Shown here piece by piece: positions 59,637-64,000 of a stretch of 64,000 nucleotides of DNA. The translations under genes and the position numbers were made by a program. The notes beneath the pieces were generated by a model that saw nothing but the letters and a program-made list of their open reading frames with translations, made no database searches and was not told where the DNA came from. Origin of the DNA: a virus (Duplodnaviria; Caudoviricetes). Positions within the stretch are counted from its first letter, which is position 1. Each line of letters begins with the position of its first letter. Location of the stretch: IMG/VR virus record IMGVR_UViG_3300031669_005479, positions 96,001-160,000 of that record; one strand, 5' to 3'.

Positions 59637-60350
59637 CTATAGTATGAATTTATCTAAAGCAGTTATTAACTTATTGTTATCTTCCCTAAGATAAATACCG
59701 TTTTTATTAACATAATTCTCAGAAAAATTTGCATCATTATGCTTATCAAAGAATAAATAAGCACCAGGAGTACTAGGTGTTGCAACTAAGTCAAAACCAA
59801 TTAATTCAAAATCATTTTGAACTAGATTTTCCCCATTTACTTCCTTAAGTGTACCAACACCACGACTTGAAATACCTAACTTGATTTTGTTTTGTAGGTA
59901 TAATACAATCTTATCCCCAATCACTGAAACAATGCCATATTTAATGTAACCTGGACTGACAATTAATTTTAATTGACCATATAAAATATTTTCTTTATTA
60001 CCCTCACCCCACCACATTTTAGTAATCATATGTGAAATGTTTTGTAATGAGATAATGCTTGAATCTGGATGATCAGCTTCTGATACGGCACTATTTGTTT
60101 TTACCAATTCCTCGTATACTTGAACCTGTGGCACTAGAACATCTTTTGGATATATCCGACCATTTTTGTTTTTAACTCCCCATTTTTGCAAAATACAGTT
60201 AACTAAAACTGGTTCATTTGGTTTGAGTTCAAAGTTTTCATTGAGAATATCTCTATTAGTTTCTGAACTAATAAATCCAGCATCATGTTCAATTAAAATC
60301 ATTTTCTCTCCAAATCTATTTTCAGAATAGAAATCAATATATTTTGTCAT
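59637..60350 (-). CDS. gp21: Prohead protease (T4 gp21-like)
   Basis: KNKNGRIYP, SEADHP, SHMI, LGISSRGVGTL, DFELIGFDLVATPSTPGAY; start set at 60350, just after the endonuclease stop. Confidence 0.92.
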   Translation of the reverse strand: MTKYIDFYSENRFGEKMILIEHDAGFISSETNRDILNENFELKPNEPVLVNCILQKWGVKNKNGRIYPKDVLVPQVQVYEELVKTNSAVSEADHPDSSIISLQNISHMITKMWWGEGNKENILYGQLKLIVSPGYIKYGIVSVIGDKIVLYLQNKIKLGISSRGVGTLKEVNGENLVQNDFELIGFDLVATPSTPGAYLFFDKHNDANFSENYVNKNGIYLREDNNKLITALDKFIL

Positions 60351-60354
60351 AAGT

Positions 60355-61041
60355 TTATTCTTTATATTTCCATTTATATCCACCAGCAGTTTTTTTTCTA
60401 TTATTACAAACATCTGTGATGGTACATCTATTAATTTTTAATTCTTTTGAGGCAACAACAATTCCTTTCCAAGTACTTATATAATTATCATATAAGTCAT
60501 ATTGAATTATACATCTATAATGTTTAGAACTTTCAGGTCTTTTTTTACCATACATTGGGTTTCCAATACCAGTGCGATGAATTGATAAACTAATTCTACC
60601 TTCTAAACTAATTTTTCGCTGTTTAGCACTCGTTTTCATTTTTTCCTTACTTTCATTGGTGAAGGTTCTATTTTTTAATGCATCTGATATTTTTTTATTT
60701 ATAATGGGTCCTTGATTACCACCACGACCACCATTTGCAATATTGGTTAAATTAAATCCCCACATTTTCATTGTCTCAATCCAATAAGTTTCCCAAAAAC
60801 CCCAATCATTATTATTGACTTCATCAAGTACTTCAATAACTGGTTTTAAATTTTTAGATAATAACGATTTAATCCAATTGTTTTTATGTGTTTTAGCATA
60901 TTTACATTTTCTTATATGTTCACCTAATCTTAATTTTAAATTATCTGATTTACCAACATATCTAATTTCATTAGTAATTGGGTCAGATAGTGTATATATA
61001 AATGTTGTTTCAGTATCACCTGCTTGTAATATTCTACTCAT
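60355..61041 (-). CDS. GIY-YIG homing endonuclease with NUMOD3 and NUMOD1 modules
   Basis: FIYTLSDP...RYVGKS....R...H...E..WI...NLTN...GG; SESKEKM; GNPMYGKK; IIQYDL...ASKELKI....I..VC...KTAGGYKWKY. Confidence 0.88.
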   Translation of the reverse strand: MSRILQAGDTETTFIYTLSDPITNEIRYVGKSDNLKLRLGEHIRKCKYAKTHKNNWIKSLLSKNLKPVIEVLDEVNNNDWGFWETYWIETMKMWGFNLTNIANGGRGGNQGPIINKKISDALKNRTFTNESKEKMKTSAKQRKISLEGRISLSIHRTGIGNPMYGKKRPESSKHYRCIIQYDLYDNYISTWKGIVVASKELKINRCTITDVCNNRKKTAGGYKWKYKE

Positions 61042-61056
61042 TTTAAATATATTTTA

Positions 61057-61065
61057 TATAAATAG
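61057..61065 (-). promoter_or_regulatory. Variant late motif CTATTTATA
   Basis: 15 nt upstream of the start at 61041. Confidence 0.5.
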
Positions 61066-61074
61066 TTTTAATTA

Positions 61075-61230
61075 CTATTTTGTCTCAGTAATTGGTTTTG
61101 GTTTTTCGTTGTTGATAAATTTTTCATTAACGATATAGATATTTTCTATAAATGCCTTTGTTTCCAACTTATTGATTATGTTCACAAGTGTTGTGTTAAC
61201 TTCTCTGAGTTTATCGAGTTTTTTTGACAT
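61075..61230 (-). CDS. Small hypothetical protein, 51 aa (not in ORF track)
   Basis: MSKKLDKLREVNTTLVNIINKLETKAFIENIYIVNEKFINNEKPKPITETK; starts 14 nt after the upstream stop. Confidence 0.45.
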   Translation of the reverse strand: MSKKLDKLREVNTTLVNIINKLETKAFIENIYIVNEKFINNEKPKPITETK

Positions 61231-61244
61231 AATTATTTTAATAA

Positions 61245-61727
61245 TTATTCGATCTTTGTTATTTTTTCAACCTTTGTTTGGATTTCATCAAGTTTCTTTA
61301 ATATTTTTTCTGATTCGACTCTTCCAATTTTTTCACTTAAATCTAATAGTGTTGAGACACCATTTAATACATGTAGAGTTTCCTTTTCTGATTCAATCCA
61401 CTGACGGCTTCTTTCTTCTTCACGCTTTAGCATTTCCACTCTTATTTTTTCAAGTGTGTCTGAATGTTCTTTTCTAATAATATCAATCTTTGCTGAGTGT
61501 TGCTGCTGCATTGTCTTTATGCCATTATTTTTCCTTTTCAATTCTTTCATCATGATTGTTGTAATAATAATAATTACCAGAATAAGTGAGAGAAACAAAT
61601 AGAAATATTCATTCTGCCACACAGGGTGCAAACTGTGTTGGATGGCTTGTTGTAGCTGTAATAATATTAGTTGAAATTGCATAATTTTTGGTTTACTAAT
61701 AAATAGTATTAATATGTCGATTATCAT
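61245..61727 (-). CDS. Single-pass membrane protein with coiled coil
   Basis: YFYLFLSLILVIIIITTIMM hydrophobic helix followed by a charged helix; start may be 61682. Confidence 0.55.
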   Translation of the reverse strand: MIIDILILFISKPKIMQFQLILLQLQQAIQHSLHPVWQNEYFYLFLSLILVIIIITTIMMKELKRKNNGIKTMQQQHSAKIDIIRKEHSDTLEKIRVEMLKREEERSRQWIESEKETLHVLNGVSTLLDLSEKIGRVESEKILKKLDEIQTKVEKITKIE

Positions 61728-61755
61728 ATTAATAATTTATATTTTTTGTTATTTA

Positions 61756-61763
61756 GTATTTAT
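61756..61763 (+). promoter_or_regulatory. Putative late promoter motif GTATTTAT
   Basis: 17 nt upstream of the ATG at 61781. Confidence 0.6.
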
Positions 61764-61780
61764 GTGAAAATCAAATAAAA

Positions 61781-64000
61781 ATGTCAAGTCAACCTACGAA
61801 TAAATATAGTTCAACTGTCAGAAATGGTAATGTAATACTTGTTGAACCAAATTCAATAAATATTAATACAACAAATATTGGTAATATTCCATTTGTAAAT
61901 GGTGTTCCAGAATATCAGGATATGTATATATTCGCAGAATTAAGTGCTGAAAGTAGGGGCAGAACGCTTATTATTAATAATAATGGAAGCAGTAGCAATG
62001 GAACTAAGGTTAATTTAATGGGTGTTAATCAAGACAGTAGTGTTGGAAATCCAGATTTGAATAAATTTACTACAAACTATTACGATGGTAGTATGGGCAC
62101 TCGTGAAGTGCTTGAAAGTTTTGGTATTAGTAGTATTAAGGTCACAGTAAATTCATCTTATGTGCCACAAGTAAATATTCAATTTATTGACATTAGAGGT
62201 TTGTCATTTTTTAATCAAGAAAAATCACCATATAGAATATTATTTGATTTTCCACCCCCAATATTTACACTAACAATTAAAGGTTATTATGGAAGGGCGT
62301 TAAGATATCAATTACATTTGGTGAAATATACATCTGAATTTCAAGCCCATAGCGGTAATTTTGTGATTGATGCTGATTTTGTTGCAATGACATTTGCACC
62401 ATTATCAGACATACTATTTAGATATATTGTAAATGTGCCGTTAATTATTAGTCATGCTGCAAGTCCAAATCCTGCTTCTCCACCTGTAAACACAAATGAT
62501 TTAATCATTAAATTACGTGGATTGTATTCAAGAATACGTGATAAAATAAATACTCAAACAGAAACAAAATCATATGATGAAATACTCAACCAGCAAAAGA
62601 CTATTGCAAATGTATTGGATATAATCAATGGCTTTGGAAATAATAGTAGGTTAACGCAAGGTGGTGCAGTTCCATATATGATGGTAAAAACTGTTGAAAC
62701 TAATGCGAATTGGATTATAAAAAATTCCCCACCAACTCAACCAGATGAATATGCAGTATTACAGAGAATAAAAACAAGTAGTGATTATGACACAATAATT
62801 AAGCAGCAAGAAACTGATGGTACGACAACAACTTTTGTAAATAGATTACTTATTGGATATGTTGCAGAAACAAACTTATCGTCGTCTGATACTGGTGATA
62901 CAAAACCAACATTTCCTTCATATACTGGAAATACATTACATTTTAGTGATTTATCTGATAATTTAAATTACTACGCTAAACTATTAATGGATAATCAGCC
63001 AACTAGTAATAGATTAACTGTTAATAGTGCTGATAAAAATATATACAACGGTAAAAATATTAGTAATGATGGTAACAGTAGAACTAGATATGTAGTAATT
63101 GATATTACTGATTATTATAATGCAATATATAAAATAAGTGATAAGTTAGAGAAACAAAGGATTGAACTTGGTAATCAGATTAACGTAAAAGTTAATGCAA
63201 TTACTATTGGGGAATTAGGTATGTTGCCAACAATTTATAATGTATTTAAAATAATATTGGATGATGTTGATGACTTCTTTTCTCAACTCAGGACAGTATC
63301 GTTGAATGCAGAAACAGAACATAATAAAAGTACAGCCAAGGCAATAATTTTAGGTGAAGATAAGAGTGTTAACCCCAAGGATAATTATGTATATTCATTT
63401 CCATTGATTGTTAGACGTTCAGATAATGGCAGCGAAGAAAGAATAGCACCTGTTGAATTAAGTAAAAGAACTGCATTTCCCGAATTAGACTTTGTTCAAA
63501 ATTTTATAGATACTTTTCAGCAACAACACGCATTAAATATTCAAAATGATTTAAGAAATCAACAAAACGCTGATGGCTCATTCAAATGGATTCCAATATC
63601 ACCACTAGATTCAACAATTGGTGGTGGAACAGCACAAAGTCCATATATTGGATTAGATACATCAGGTTCTTCCGACGATAAAATCACACAAGTATATAAA
63701 ATATTGTTGAGAAGATATTATATTCTAAGTCAGGCAATAATGCCAGATGAATTTGGTGGAATCGACGATAATGGAAAAAGAAGCGATGCATTTCGTACAT
63801 TGTATGCAAATGCCGAGGCAAGTAATTTAGCAGAAGCACTTTCCGCATCACTAAACACAGATTTTTTGAGTAAAATGAAAGATGAATCGTTACAATATAA
63901 TTCTGCAACTAAAATTAGTAAGTTCTATAATAATATTAAAGATATAACCGATATTGATGCCCAAGGAAATACAATCAAATTAACTAATTTCCCAAATAAT
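61781..64000 (+). CDS. Very large probable tail/baseplate protein (3' end runs off the window; not in ORF track)
   Basis: Hand translation MSSQPTNKYSS...ESFGISSIKVTVNSSYVPQVNIQFIDIRGLSFF...PPPIFTLTIKGYYGRALRYQLHL...; appears open to the window edge (740 codons). Confidence 0.7.
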   Translation, partial: MSSQPTNKYSSTVRNGNVILVEPNSININTTNIGNIPFVNGVPEYQDMYIFAELSAESRGRTLIINNNGSSSNGTKVNLMGVNQDSSVGNPDLNKFTTNYYDGSMGTREVLESFGISSIKVTVNSSYVPQVNIQFIDIRGLSFFNQEKSPYRILFDFPPPIFTLTIKGYYGRALRYQLHLVKYTSEFQAHSGNFVIDADFVAMTFAPLSDILFRYIVNVPLIISHAASPNPASPPVNTNDLIIKLRGLYSRIRDKINTQTETKSYDEILNQQKTIANVLDIINGFGNNSRLTQGGAVPYMMVKTVETNANWIIKNSPPTQPDEYAVLQRIKTSSDYDTIIKQQETDGTTTTFVNRLLIGYVAETNLSSSDTGDTKPTFPSYTGNTLHFSDLSDNLNYYAKLLMDNQPTSNRLTVNSADKNIYNGKNISNDGNSRTRYVVIDITDYYNAIYKISDKLEKQRIELGNQINVKVNAITIGELGMLPTIYNVFKIILDDVDDFFSQLRTVSLNAETEHNKSTAKAIILGEDKSVNPKDNYVYSFPLIVRRSDNGSEERIAPVELSKRTAFPELDFVQNFIDTFQQQHALNIQNDLRNQQNADGSFKWIPISPLDSTIGGGTAQSPYIGLDTSGSSDDKITQVYKILLRRYYILSQAIMPDEFGGIDDNGKRSDAFRTLYANAEASNLAEALSASLNTDFLSKMKDESLQYNSATKISKFYNNIKDITDIDAQGNTIKLTNFPNN

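Noticed and set aside
60350-61041. Group I intron in the protease gene
   Set aside because: Only 4 nt separate the endonuclease stop from the next ATG, leaving no room for a ribozyme core.
1-64000. Genome-wide stop codon reassignment (TGA=Trp or TAG=Gln)
   Set aside because: Core genes are intact in code 11. TGA ends genes in ATGA overlaps (6876, 8290, 9480, 40913) and TAG ends several tightly packed genes (5459, 5914, 19156, 39922, 42984, 45577).
1-64000. tRNA or rRNA genes
   Set aside because: No cloverleaf-like or rRNA-like stretch was seen by eye in the intergenic gaps; tRNAscan was not run.

Overview
AT-rich 64 kb segment of a large T4-related myovirus (jumbo-phage-like), probably infecting Bacteroidota. 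Host evidence: TAnnTTTG-type promoters, a surface-type lipoprotein and no obvious Shine-Dalgarno motifs. It holds most of the morphogenesis genes on both strands (gp23-like capsid, scaffold, gp21-like protease, neck, sheath, tube, spike, tape measure with an upstream -1 frameshift chaperone). These are interleaved with host-promoter operons (KTSC-dut-thyA; SF1 helicase), two glycosyltransferase clusters, PhoH and a gp55-like sigma factor. Selfish elements are dense: five free-standing endonuclease genes, two LAGLIDADG inteins (one class 3) and an HNH-type domain inserted in-frame in thyA with no splicing signature. Most notable observations: (1) three endonucleases fused to a Mu Mom-like GNAT domain, suggesting a nuclease plus DNA-modification unit; (2) the in-frame HNH in thyA; (3) a late-promoter motif GTATTTAT(A), the reverse complement of the T4 late promoter, upstream of about 20 genes; (4) a shared N-terminal candidate capsid-targeting peptide on unlinked proteins; (5) a methyltransferase gene whose two in-frame TGA codons fall at expected Trp positions. 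All functional calls come from motif recognition by eye; no database searches were run.
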